Positions 21,536 to 31,601 of a DNA stretch of 64,000 nucleotides are shown piece by piece. The stretch is from a virus. The translations under genes were made by a program, and so were the position numbers. The notes beneath the pieces were generated by a model. It was not told the DNA's origin. It worked only from the letters and a program-made list of their open reading frames with translations, and made no database searches. The first letter of the stretch is position 1; each line of letters opens with the position of its first letter. The stretch covers positions 1-64,000 of IMG/VR virus record IMGVR_UViG_3300006921_004083; one strand, given 5' to 3'.

Positions 21536-24262
21536 ATGCCCGTAAAACACGACAAAATTCCCCATATAGACCAAGACACTATTTCATCCTTTTTAGAAGG
21601 ACGAGACCCACAACAATATATTACTGCACTTGAATACGAGGCAGCTAGTAACTATATTCATTTAGTTATTGATGATCCAAATAAAGGGAAATTTACAACA
21701 AGAAAGAAATTAAAACCTTTCCTTTGGTGTAAGGAGGATGTCTTTACATCTGAACAAATTAATTTTTACGGAAGAGATAAAAGAAGGATTAGGACCGCCA
21801 TGAAACAATTCGGTATTAAAATGAAAAAACTAAATACTGTGGGGGATAGTAGACTGGAGGATGGGTTCAAATATCTTGTATATACAAACCAAGGTTTTTA
21901 TACCTTATTGAAATTTTTTGGTGATGGTGGAATACAACCATATAAAAATAGAGAATATTTTGAACTAATCTCCCCAGTTGAACAATATATGATATCAACA
22001 GGTAAACGACTATTTAAGGGTTTTGAAAACTATGACGATGTACATAGACTGGTTTTTGATATTGAAACAACGTCTTTAGAACCATCCGATGGTACAATAT
22101 TTTCTATTGGGGTAAAGGACAATAGAGGATTTGAAGTTGTTTTGGACGCAAACAATGAGGAAGAAGAAAAAGAAATGTTAGTGAACTTCTTCAAAGTAAT
22201 TGATTATGTCCGTCCTTCTATAATAGGAGGGTATAATTCAGAAAATTTTGATTGGTACTGGATAGTGTCAAGATGTGAAATGTTAGGGTTAGATATAAAA
22301 GAGATCGCTAAAACTCTCGACCCTAAGAAAAAATCTAAATTTAGAAGAAGAGAAAATATATTAAAATTAGCCAATGAAGTAGAGAAGTTTGAACAAACTA
22401 GTATGTGGGGTTATAATATTATTGACGTTATTCATTCAGTTAGAAGGGCTATGGCTATTAACTCAAATATTAAATCCGCGGGGTTAAAGTATATTTGTAA
22501 ACAACAAAGAATCGCAAAAGATAATCGAGTATACGTCGATCACGATAAAATCGCAAAATTAAGGTTTGATAAAAATCCTTACTGGATTAATATTAAAACT
22601 GGTGAGTGGTCGGAGTCTAGTGAACAAAAAATACCTGATGGTTGGGAGGAAATAACTGGTAAGGAAATAGTAGAGAAGTATCTACTAGATGATATCTGGG
22701 AGACTTTAGAGGTTGATAACAGTTTTAACCAATCGTCCTTTTTAATGGCAAAAATACTACCAACAATATATGAACGTGTTTCAACAATGGGGACCGCATC
22801 TATATGGAAATTATTAATGTTATCCTGGTCCTATGAAAATAATATTGCCATTCCAACAAAAGGAGAAAAAAGAAGTTTTACCGGGGGATTATCCAGAATA
22901 CTTAAGGTTGGGTACTCAAGAGATATTGTTAAATTAGATTACGCATCACTTTACCCATCAATTATGATTACCCACGGTGTTTATCCAGAATGTGACGTTT
23001 CGGGGGCAATGCATGCCATGTTACAATATCTCTATGATACTAGAAATAAGTACAAATACATGGCTAACGAATGGGCGGAAAAAGGAGATAAAAAAAAGGC
23101 GTCCTTTTTCAAAGCTAAACAATTACCAATTAAAATTATCAATAACTCTATGTATGGTTCACTAACCGCTCCACAAGTTTTTAACTGGGGAGATGTTATG
23201 AAAGGAGAGGAAGTTACCTGTACCGCCAGGATGTACCTTAGATTATTAGTTAGGTTTTTTGAAAATCGAGGTTTCATACCTCTTGTATTAGATACTGATG
23301 GATGTAATTTTAGTGTACCAGAATCAACAAAGAAATATACTTACATTGGTAAAGGAATACATCATTTTGTAGAAAAAGATAAAGAGTATAGTGGTACCCC
23401 CGCCGTAGTTGCGGAATTTAATGACTCTTATATGAGAGGGGTTATGGGACTAGATATAGATGGTTTTTGGAAATCATCAATAAATGTATCTCGTAAAAAT
23501 TACGCTGATTTAACAGAAGATGGTAAGGTAGATATTGTGGGAAATACAATTAAATCTAAAGCACTTCCAGATTATATTAAGGAGTTTATTGATAATGGTT
23601 TGGAGATGTTATTAAATGGTAAAGGACCGGAGTTTATAGAATATTATTATGAACATTTACAAAATATCTATGATTGTAAAATACCACTTAGTAAAATAGC
23701 ATCCAAATCTAGAGTTAAAAGAACAGTTAAATCCTACATCAATAGAGGTAATAATAAAGCTGGTAATCCTCTTCCTTCACAAGCACATATGGAATTGATT
23801 ATAAAAAATAATCTTAGAGTTAGTCTGGGTGATACTATTTTCTATGTAAATAACGGTACTAGGGCGTCTCATGGAGATATACAAAAGAAAAAAGGTGAAC
23901 TAACATTTAATTGTTATCTTTTAGATAAAGACCAAATGGAAAAAAATCCAGATATCTGTGGGGAATATAACAAAGCCAGATATATCTCTAACTTTAATAA
24001 AAGAGTTAAACCTCTTTTGGTTTCTTTTGAACCAGCAATACGAGATAACGTATTGAAGGCTGTAGATAAAAAAGGTTTACTGGAACCAAGAGAGTATTAT
24101 ACTAAAACACAAATGTCACTAATATCTGGAATACCTTTTGCGGAGAAAGATCAGGACACTATGGAAGATTTAATGAAAATGGATGAAAGAGAAGTGGTAT
24201 TTTGGTCAGATATAAATAGTTCACCTAAAGAACATCTAATGTCAGTTCTCTCCACAAAATAA
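21536..24262 (+). CDS. polB: Family B DNA polymerase (gp43-like)
   Basis: Exonuclease motifs FDIET, GYNSENFD, YLLDD; polymerase motifs LDYASLYPS, KIINNSMYG, LDTDG, RKNYA. No intein seen. Confidence 0.95.
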   Translation: MPVKHDKIPHIDQDTISSFLEGRDPQQYITALEYEAASNYIHLVIDDPNKGKFTTRKKLKPFLWCKEDVFTSEQINFYGRDKRRIRTAMKQFGIKMKKLNTVGDSRLEDGFKYLVYTNQGFYTLLKFFGDGGIQPYKNREYFELISPVEQYMISTGKRLFKGFENYDDVHRLVFDIETTSLEPSDGTIFSIGVKDNRGFEVVLDANNEEEEKEMLVNFFKVIDYVRPSIIGGYNSENFDWYWIVSRCEMLGLDIKEIAKTLDPKKKSKFRRRENILKLANEVEKFEQTSMWGYNIIDVIHSVRRAMAINSNIKSAGLKYICKQQRIAKDNRVYVDHDKIAKLRFDKNPYWINIKTGEWSESSEQKIPDGWEEITGKEIVEKYLLDDIWETLEVDNSFNQSSFLMAKILPTIYERVSTMGTASIWKLLMLSWSYENNIAIPTKGEKRSFTGGLSRILKVGYSRDIVKLDYASLYPSIMITHGVYPECDVSGAMHAMLQYLYDTRNKYKYMANEWAEKGDKKKASFFKAKQLPIKIINNSMYGSLTAPQVFNWGDVMKGEEVTCTARMYLRLLVRFFENRGFIPLVLDTDGCNFSVPESTKKYTYIGKGIHHFVEKDKEYSGTPAVVAEFNDSYMRGVMGLDIDGFWKSSINVSRKNYADLTEDGKVDIVGNTIKSKALPDYIKEFIDNGLEMLLNGKGPEFIEYYYEHLQNIYDCKIPLSKIASKSRVKRTVKSYINRGNNKAGNPLPSQAHMELIIKNNLRVSLGDTIFYVNNGTRASHGDIQKKKGELTFNCYLLDKDQMEKNPDICGEYNKARYISNFNKRVKPLLVSFEPAIRDNVLKAVDKKGLLEPREYYTKTQMSLISGIPFAEKDQDTMEDLMKMDEREVVFWSDINSSPKEHLMSVLSTK

Positions 24263-24327
24263 TTAATTCAACACAAAATCCCAAACGTTTTATTATGGTT
24301 TGATATTTATAGTATAAAACAGATACT

Positions 24328-24906
24328 ATGAATAAAAAGGATTTAATGGAGTTAATTGATTCTACTGGAAGTATTATTTCCGGGGACTATACTATTAATC
24401 ACGATTTTGGTAGTGATAAAACTTCTGATTCGTTTGAAAAAATGACTAGACAAGGGGCCTCTAATTTCTATGGATATAGAAGATTTTGGGGTGAAAATGA
24501 AAAAGATAAAAAACATTCTGAACTTGCGGACAAATTACAAAACAATCCCGCAAAATTTTTCCAAATACTTAAAAAAAATAATAAAGAGTCTGAGTTTGAA
24601 GATTATTTCACTAAAGATAATTCTGAGGATTTAATGAAAGAAATGTTAGAGGATATAGTCACTAATCGTATGGATAGTAGTGATCTTTTACCTACTAACA
24701 ACGATGTGGAAATAATGAGTTTAGAAGAATATTCTGATGAGGACCCTATATTAGTCAAATGGGCTATGTTAATAAAAGAATTGTGGATGGAGCGAGAAAA
24801 TAGTGAAAGACTTATTATTCTAAATGCGTTAATGAAAGATGTGAATTTTACTGAAGTAAGTCCATCCATTAAAGAAAAATTAACAATGATGATTAATGGC
24901 GAATAA
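24328..24906 (+). CDS. Hypothetical acidic protein
   Basis: 192-aa ORF with TATTTATA at 24304-24311; first gene of a coupled run. Confidence 0.6.
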   Translation: MNKKDLMELIDSTGSIISGDYTINHDFGSDKTSDSFEKMTRQGASNFYGYRRFWGENEKDKKHSELADKLQNNPAKFFQILKKNNKESEFEDYFTKDNSEDLMKEMLEDIVTNRMDSSDLLPTNNDVEIMSLEEYSDEDPILVKWAMLIKELWMERENSERLIILNALMKDVNFTEVSPSIKEKLTMMINGE

Positions 24907-25378
24907 GGATTTATATGGGAATAAGTACACTATACCTAATGATGTAATTAAGTCTATTAATAATGAAATTAGTAGAAATAAAAATAATAAAACACTAAAG
25001 GGATATAAAAGAGCACAGAATATTGTAAGTGATAAATCTATGACATATTCTATGTTAAAAAGAATGAAGAATTTTTTTGATGGTTTTAAGGGTGGTAAGG
25101 ATAATCCTGAGTATTTGATTAATGGTGGTGATAAGATGAAAACCTGGGTTAATAATACTTTAACTAAATCTAGGGGTGATGTTAATAGGGAAAAAAGAAC
25201 AAAGTCCGACGCAGGGATGAAAAATCAATTTAAGAAAACCCATACAAAGGATCGAGAAAATAAAAATGTCACAAAAGTAAATGTTCCTAGAGCACAAAAT
25301 AACTCCAGACAAATATTTACTAATAAGACAGTATACAAAGAAATGATAAAAACAATAAATAACATACTAAAAAATTAA
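24896..25378 (+). CDS. Hypothetical basic protein
   Basis: 160-aa Lys/Asn-rich ORF overlapping the upstream stop. Confidence 0.6.
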   Translation: MANKDLYGNKYTIPNDVIKSINNEISRNKNNKTLKGYKRAQNIVSDKSMTYSMLKRMKNFFDGFKGGKDNPEYLINGGDKMKTWVNNTLTKSRGDVNREKRTKSDAGMKNQFKKTHTKDRENKNVTKVNVPRAQNNSRQIFTNKTVYKEMIKTINNILKN

Positions 25379-25383
25379 TTACT

Positions 25384-25716
25384 ATGGCAACACTAGACGA
25401 AACAGCTAATAACAAAAGAACCGAGGCGTTTGCTATCAATCAAAGTAAATTTGGTTATAACGAAACCGTCGCTTACAGTGAATCTCACCAGAACGCTTTA
25501 AGTGATGGAGATGCTAAAGGTAAAGGTAACCCAGCATTTGCTGGTGGTTTACTTAACGGTTATGCGGCACCAGCAGAAGCTGAGGTAGGTAGTTCTATCG
25601 ACGTTGAAAAACGAACAGAGGCTATCTCAATGAACGAAGGTACTAATGGAATGTCACCTGACACACCATATAGTGGCCCAATTCTAAACCCTTACCCTTA
25701 CCAAACAGAGTCTTAA
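25384..25716 (+). CDS. Hypothetical protein (possible virion protein)
   Basis: 110 aa; internal repeat KRTEAFAIN / KRTEAISMN. Confidence 0.6.
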   Translation: MATLDETANNKRTEAFAINQSKFGYNETVAYSESHQNALSDGDAKGKGNPAFAGGLLNGYAAPAEAEVGSSIDVEKRTEAISMNEGTNGMSPDTPYSGPILNPYPYQTES

Positions 25717-25726
25717 AAATTATAAT

Positions 25727-26095
25727 ATGAAATTAACTTCTCTATATAAGGATATAATTTTAGAGGCGGTAAATCGTAATCAAATAATTAGTGCGATTAA
25801 TAATCGTAATATATGTACTATATACTATGAAGGAGACACTATTTCTAATCCTGGGTATAGAGAGATAGAACCATATGTATACGGTCTTTCAAAGAGAGAA
25901 AACCAGGTTGTAAGGGCATTTCAATTGGAGGGGAAGAGCGATACTCCAGAAAATCTACCAGGGTGGAGATTGTTTAGGGTTGATAGAATGGTTGACTTTG
26001 TTAATAGTGGTGATATATTTAATGAAGCAAAACCTTTATATAACCCTACGGGAGATAAGGATATGACAAGGATATACGCACAAGCAAAATTTTAA
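25727..26095 (+). CDS. Stand-alone WYL-domain protein
   Basis: I..AI......TIYY, REIEPYVYG, VRAFQ, WRLFRVDRM; no HTH domain. Confidence 0.8.
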   Translation: MKLTSLYKDIILEAVNRNQIISAINNRNICTIYYEGDTISNPGYREIEPYVYGLSKRENQVVRAFQLEGKSDTPENLPGWRLFRVDRMVDFVNSGDIFNEAKPLYNPTGDKDMTRIYAQAKF

Positions 26096-26097
26096 TT

Positions 26098-26691
26098 ATG
26101 GCAGAAGCACCAGTAGATATAAGACAATTAGCAGGGATATTAGGAAAATCCAAATCCCTTTTAGATAAAGTAGATGAAACTTTCGGCAAAAGTGGTAGTG
26201 GGGGAGAATATAGTAAAAGTAGTATGAACGAGAATAAACAACCACCATTACCATCAGGTATGGTCGATTCTTCTCAAATGCTTACCAGTTTACCAGCAGG
26301 GCAAACACCACAGATTAGTTCAGACCCAACACAACCAATAAGAAGAACCCTTAAAAACGCTAAAACAACTAAAATGCCAAAAGAAATTGTCGAGGCAATG
26401 GTTAATAATCCAGTGGCCGACCCAGCATCTATAGGGTCAATGGACGGTATGGATCCTGAGTTAATTAAAATGATAAATCCTAATTATCAAAAAGAATCTC
26501 AAAAAGTTATACAAGAATCAACACCTACTCAACAAAATAAAACTACTAGTCCTAGTGAATTAAAATCTTTAATTAGAGAAGTAGTAGAGGAAATTATTGT
26601 TGAAAGAAAGGTTGATGAACAGTTACAAATTAGAGTTGGGGATACCATCTTTACAGGAAAAATAACAAAATCAAAATCAATTAACAAATAA
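26098..26691 (+). CDS. Hypothetical protein
   Basis: 197-aa ORF coupled to the WYL gene; disordered middle, C-terminal LQIRVGDTIFTGKI. Confidence 0.6.
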   Translation: MAEAPVDIRQLAGILGKSKSLLDKVDETFGKSGSGGEYSKSSMNENKQPPLPSGMVDSSQMLTSLPAGQTPQISSDPTQPIRRTLKNAKTTKMPKEIVEAMVNNPVADPASIGSMDGMDPELIKMINPNYQKESQKVIQESTPTQQNKTTSPSELKSLIREVVEEIIVERKVDEQLQIRVGDTIFTGKITKSKSINK

Positions 26692-26842
26692 ACATCAAAA
26701 TGGAAAATTCTTGTAAAGGACAAAAAGGTGGTTGTTTAGCTAGTAGTGATGCAGGTAGTACTGTAGACCAAAAATAAACATCCTAAAATATATTGTATTA
26801 GTTTTGTTAGTATCTTAATATTTATATTAAAAGAGAACACAT

Positions 26843-27988
26843 ATGGCAAATGATTCAACTAATATAACCATCGCAGAAAGAGCGTCATTATTTCGTAAGA
26901 CCAGACATCGTTTAGGGGCACCGGTAAGAAAAGTAGAGTTAACAGATGAACAACTTGATACTTTACTTACGATTGCTGTTGAAGACTATGTGCAATACCA
27001 GTATGAATGGTTGGTTGACAATCAATGGCCTAGTTTACTTAACCAAAGTTTAACTCCAGAACAGGTAGTTACTGGACTAAGTCAAAAAACTCTAGGAGTA
27101 GAAATAGAATACACATATGCTTATTCTAAAGCAGTTGGTCTACAAGCTAGAGGTCCTTGGGAATTAAAAACCGACTTTATTGATTTAGTTGGTAACCAAC
27201 AACAGTATCTTTTACCGGCAAATAGAGAGATTAATGAAGTTTTGTGGTATACACCACCTACTCTAGACCAATCTGTTATTGATCCCTTTATAGGAATTGG
27301 TGGTGCGTTTGGTGGAGGTTTTGGTGGTGAAGGTGGATTAGCCCAGTTTGGTATGGGGGCTTATTACGTAATGCCGGCTTTTGATGTTCTTTTGAGACAA
27401 ACGGACAGAAATCTTAAAAATAGAATGATTAGGGGGGATTTACAATATAAATTAACGGCTGGACCAACAGACTCTTCAGGAAATCACCAAAGGTATCTTT
27501 GGTTGATGCCAACACCTGGAGGGAAATATGATAGAGGGGCCATGAGTTTATACCAAGGAAAGGTTTGGTATCGTTATTATGATATTGATAACACATCAGA
27601 CGAAACAAGTTCAGAGGCTTGTTTGAACGCAAATGCTGATGTAATTAAGTTACCTTCTGATGTACCATTAGACGCTATTGAATATGCGTCGTTAAATTTA
27701 CCATCTAAAATATGGGTACGAAGATATCTTTTAGGTTTAGCTAAAGAAACTTTAGGTAGAGTTAGAGGTAAATTTTCTGGTTCATTAAATGTACCAGGTG
27801 CAGATGTATCTATGGATTATGAATCTCTCCTATCTGAGGGTAAAGACGAACAGTCGAAATTAATAGAGGAGTTGGGTGAAAGGTTAACTAGTATGAGTAA
27901 TTTAGGACAATCCGAAGCTCGTTCAACAACGGCTGAATCGTTAAATAAATCTCTTAGTTATATACCGTTGGGTATGTACGTAATTTAA
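26843..27988 (+). CDS. Neck protein, T4 gp13-like head-tail adaptor
   Basis: RLGAPVRKVELTDEQLD (gp13 N-terminal motif) and WVRRY...AKETLGRVRGKF; TATTTATA at 26819-26826. Confidence 0.8.
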   Translation: MANDSTNITIAERASLFRKTRHRLGAPVRKVELTDEQLDTLLTIAVEDYVQYQYEWLVDNQWPSLLNQSLTPEQVVTGLSQKTLGVEIEYTYAYSKAVGLQARGPWELKTDFIDLVGNQQQYLLPANREINEVLWYTPPTLDQSVIDPFIGIGGAFGGGFGGEGGLAQFGMGAYYVMPAFDVLLRQTDRNLKNRMIRGDLQYKLTAGPTDSSGNHQRYLWLMPTPGGKYDRGAMSLYQGKVWYRYYDIDNTSDETSSEACLNANADVIKLPSDVPLDAIEYASLNLPSKIWVRRYLLGLAKETLGRVRGKFSGSLNVPGADVSMDYESLLSEGKDEQSKLIEELGERLTSMSNLGQSEARSTTAESLNKSLSYIPLGMYVI

Positions 27989-27994
27989 TTAATT

Positions 27995-29200
27995 ATGGGT
28001 TTTACAACATTGGTGGATTATAGTAGACAATTAACTCAAACACCGAATACTAGTGCGGAGTTCTCAGGAAATACAACAATTCTTGGTTCCTTAATATTAA
28101 ATTCTATTATAGATGTTAATGGATCTACATACTGTCCAATAACATGTTATCCTTATTATTCTTATTTGTTTATGACAGGTGGAACCCTAACAGATTCACA
28201 CCAAAGATATAACCCAATTACACATACATGGGAGGTAAACATGCCAGACCCAACAGATGCTACTGCGACTGAATATGTTAGAAATCTATATAAGATTAAT
28301 CTAAGTGACGCTGGACAAAACGGTCAATTTGGTGCGTTCGCACAACAAAGTGTTTTTAGATATAAATCTAGTGATTTAACTAATATTGAAAATAGTGGTT
28401 CTCATAATCCAGCTTCCGTTATGATTTTTGGTAGTGGAACCACATCTTCTAGTACTGGGTTCACGGTTTCTAATTTTGATGGTACTCTAGGAATGACTGG
28501 ACTTACTGTTGATGATGCTATGAATGTTATTGTTGGTGACATGAGACCTTTAGCACAATCTCATATTTGGTTGAGGGGGAATACACTTAATAATGTTGAA
28601 TCTCATAAAACTTTAATGATTGGTTCTGACGGTCAAGTAGGGGTAAATGCTTCTAACAGAGCAATAAAAATGAATATAGATTATGAATATGATAGTTCAT
28701 GGTTATATGATCTTAAGCCTGTTCAATTTGAGTTTAGGAAGTTTCCTGGAAATACACAATATGGTTTTATTGCTGAAGACGTAGAAGAAGTTAATAGAGA
28801 ATTAGCAATATATGAGTCGGACGGAAGACTGAGTGGTGTTAAATACGAAGTAATGGCTCCGGTTATTCTTAAAGAATTAATATCTTTAAGAAAAAAAGTT
28901 GACCCTTCATTTAGAAAAACTTATGAGGAGGATAAAGTAAAAGTAGTTTCTAATGATTATGAAATAATATATGATGGTACTATAATTGCTCGAGGAGGTG
29001 GAGATATTAAATTAACAATTTCAGATTCTATATCGGGTATTGTTAGAATTAAATCTTTAGCTAATACTTTAGTTTCCTCTAAAAGGTTAATTGACGAAAA
29101 ATGGAGTGAAATGGAATTAGAGAACGGTAGTAGTATAAGTTTATTGTGTCATAAAGAATTTGTATATATACTTTCTTCAGACGGAGATAAAATTAAATAA
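27995..29200 (+). CDS. Fibre-like virion protein with an intramolecular chaperone (peptidase S74-like) domain
   Basis: ASNRAIKMNI, LKPVQFEF, YGFIAEDVEEV, GVKYE; the N-terminal part is S/T/G-rich. Confidence 0.7.
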   Translation: MGFTTLVDYSRQLTQTPNTSAEFSGNTTILGSLILNSIIDVNGSTYCPITCYPYYSYLFMTGGTLTDSHQRYNPITHTWEVNMPDPTDATATEYVRNLYKINLSDAGQNGQFGAFAQQSVFRYKSSDLTNIENSGSHNPASVMIFGSGTTSSSTGFTVSNFDGTLGMTGLTVDDAMNVIVGDMRPLAQSHIWLRGNTLNNVESHKTLMIGSDGQVGVNASNRAIKMNIDYEYDSSWLYDLKPVQFEFRKFPGNTQYGFIAEDVEEVNRELAIYESDGRLSGVKYEVMAPVILKELISLRKKVDPSFRKTYEEDKVKVVSNDYEIIYDGTIIARGGGDIKLTISDSISGIVRIKSLANTLVSSKRLIDEKWSEMELENGSSISLLCHKEFVYILSSDGDKIK

Positions 29201-30962
29201 GTTTTATTTGGTCTATTAAACTCTCAACTATATCTTCTTCTGAATACTCACCCATAATCGTATCAATATTTTTTTGTTTAGACTTTAACGATTTATAAAT
29301 TATTTCTTCGATAGTTTTATCAAAAATAGGATAATAGACATTAACTTTTTTATCTTGACCAATTCGATAAGCCCTATCTTCGGCTTGAGAGTGGGATTTT
29401 GGAACCCAATCTAAACTGTTCATTATCACAACTTCTCCTTTAGTTAGGGTAATACCAACCCCTGCCGATATAATATTACCAACAAATACTTTTATTTTTG
29501 GGTCAGTTTGAAATTTCTCAACACTCTCCTCTTTTTCTTCCGCACTCATGGATCCATTATGTCTTACACATTTTTTAGGGAAAGCGTCCGCTATTTTTTG
29601 TTGCTCATCGTTAAAGTTTGTAAAAATTATGACTTTTTTACCTTGTTCGATTAAGTCTTTTGTGAATTCTATTGTTGATGTTGTTTTTTCTTCTGCTAAA
29701 AATTTTCGTAAAGTTACTAGTTTTGTCATGTGTTCTGCTAAACTAGCGTGCCCATGTTTTAACGACCATGATTTATATTCACCCATTATTTCTTGATATC
29801 CAGATGCGTTTTGTAGTTGATGGTACACTGGAGAAACTATTTTAGGTGGTAAATCTAATATATCTTCTTTTTTTCTTCTAAGAATTGAATCTTTTGTGTA
29901 TTGGTGAAGTTCCTGAAGGTTTGAGGCCCCTTTAGTGTCCCACACTAATCTACCTCCTTGTCCTCTAAATTGTTTACCTTCACAATATCTTTTAACAAAA
30001 TGTATCCAGTCTTGTGATACATAAGACTTACAAACTCTTAATAAGTTATAAAAATCTATTGGTCTATTAGCAACGGGTGTACCAGTAAGTAACCACACCC
30101 TTTTAATGTTTTTGACAAAATCCATAACTAGTTTAGTTCGTTTAGAAGAGGTGTTTTTTATTGCGTGAGCCTCATCAATAATAATTAAATCAAACTTTGA
30201 GTCTAGAATCTCACTCTTTTCTCTTTTCGACACACTTTTATTCTTGGTTGGTAAAGAATGAAAATTCTTCAATATGTCATAGTTAATGATTGTCCACTTT
30301 TCATTAGAATCCCATTTTTTCCCAGAGACTATAGAAATACCCGAATCATAGTTCTCAATTTCTTTTTTCCAATTTAATTTAAGTGAAGAAGGACAAATAA
30401 TAAGTATTTTTTTTGACTCACTAATCATTGCCGCTAACACAGCTGAGGTAGTTTTACCTAATCCCATATCATCAGAAAGAATAAACCTATCATACTCTAA
30501 AAGTTTTTTTATTGCTTCTCTTTGGTGGACCATGGGTGGACGACTACTAAATTGTCCAAAATCTATTCTTTTTACTTCATTCTTTTTTTTCTCTTTAATG
30601 ATAAATTTTTTAGGTATCCATATCATTATGGGGTTTTTTTGTTTTTCATTAAATTTAGCCATCACATGAAGTGTGTCGTCACCATTTGCCAGTATTTTAA
30701 CAAGTGTAAATTTTTTGGGTAAGAAAATTAATCTATGTTGCTCTTGTAATTTTGTGGCAAAATAACTTGATACAGTTATCTCTTTTTCTAGAACTATGGG
30801 TTTCTTTCTATAGTTTTTTTGAATATACTCTATTTGTTTAGGTGTTGGGTTGAATGAGCCTGAAGTTTTTATACGAGATTTAAGACTAAGGATATAGTCA
30901 TTTTCACCTCCATAGGTTCTAACTAAAGATATATAATCTTTTATACGATTTGGATCAAGCAT
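29193..30962 (-). CDS. SNF2-family (HARP/SMARCAL1-like) helicase
   Basis: DDMGLGKT, CPSSLKLNW, DEAH, LTGTP..NRP, LRRKK, GVGITLT, QAEDRAYRIGQ. Confidence 0.92.
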   Translation of the reverse strand: MLDPNRIKDYISLVRTYGGENDYILSLKSRIKTSGSFNPTPKQIEYIQKNYRKKPIVLEKEITVSSYFATKLQEQHRLIFLPKKFTLVKILANGDDTLHVMAKFNEKQKNPIMIWIPKKFIIKEKKKNEVKRIDFGQFSSRPPMVHQREAIKKLLEYDRFILSDDMGLGKTTSAVLAAMISESKKILIICPSSLKLNWKKEIENYDSGISIVSGKKWDSNEKWTIINYDILKNFHSLPTKNKSVSKREKSEILDSKFDLIIIDEAHAIKNTSSKRTKLVMDFVKNIKRVWLLTGTPVANRPIDFYNLLRVCKSYVSQDWIHFVKRYCEGKQFRGQGGRLVWDTKGASNLQELHQYTKDSILRRKKEDILDLPPKIVSPVYHQLQNASGYQEIMGEYKSWSLKHGHASLAEHMTKLVTLRKFLAEEKTTSTIEFTKDLIEQGKKVIIFTNFNDEQQKIADAFPKKCVRHNGSMSAEEKEESVEKFQTDPKIKVFVGNIISAGVGITLTKGEVVIMNSLDWVPKSHSQAEDRAYRIGQDKKVNVYYPIFDKTIEEIIYKSLKSKQKNIDTIMGEYSEEDIVESLIDQIKLI

Positions 30963-31030
30963 GCATTATTTATATTATATTGATCAATTAAATAATTATT
31001 AATAGTTATTAGTTATTAGTGGCGTGCTTA

Positions 31031-31059
31031 ATGCTAAATATTAATTATAACTAAGTCAA
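31031..31059 (-). promoter_or_regulatory. Sigma70-like promoter for the SNF2 gene
   Basis: Minus strand TTGACT-N17-TAGCAT, back to back with a plus-strand TATTTATA at 31063-31070. Confidence 0.5.
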
Positions 31060-31074
31060 GAGTATTTATATTAT

Positions 31075-31599
31075 ATGACACCTAATAGACCTAATAAAGT
31101 TCCGATTACAAGACTAACTAAATTCTTTGATGAAATTGATTTTGATTTAGAAATTGGTTTTGGTAGAGAGTATATGGAGGGAGACCTTAATATGACTATT
31201 GTGCTCTATAGTGTTGATATTGAAAAAACAGATACAGATGATGTTTATAAAGAAGTTAAGTCACAAGATATTAGGTTTTTCCCACCTATTGAGTTACAGG
31301 TTAATCTGGAAATAGCACCAGGAGAAAATCAAACATACGATAATGGTAGAATGAGATATAGAGATTATGGTAATATGACTTTTAATGTTTATCAGAAACA
31401 GTTGGATGAAAAACAATGTGAAATAAAATATGGTGATTATATTGGATATAGGGACACAGAAGATAATATGAAGTTTTGGACTGTAGTTAATGATGGAAAA
31501 ATATTCTCAGATAACGAACATACAGTATTTGGATATAAAGGAGCGACTAGAACAGTTGAATGTACAACTGTCGATCCTAATGAATTTGAAGGAATATAA
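31075..31599 (+). CDS. Neck/head-closure protein, gp14-like
   Basis: DDVYKE...(R)F.PPIE, G.MTF.VY...L, GDYI; lies between the gp13-like and gp15-like genes. Confidence 0.6.
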   Translation: MTPNRPNKVPITRLTKFFDEIDFDLEIGFGREYMEGDLNMTIVLYSVDIEKTDTDDVYKEVKSQDIRFFPPIELQVNLEIAPGENQTYDNGRMRYRDYGNMTFNVYQKQLDEKQCEIKYGDYIGYRDTEDNMKFWTVVNDGKIFSDNEHTVFGYKGATRTVECTTVDPNEFEGI

Positions 31600-31601
31600 T
31601 A

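Noticed and set aside
21536-24262. Intein or intron in the DNA polymerase
   Set aside because: Motifs are normally spaced in a continuous 908-aa ORF; no intein terminal motifs or homing endonuclease seen.
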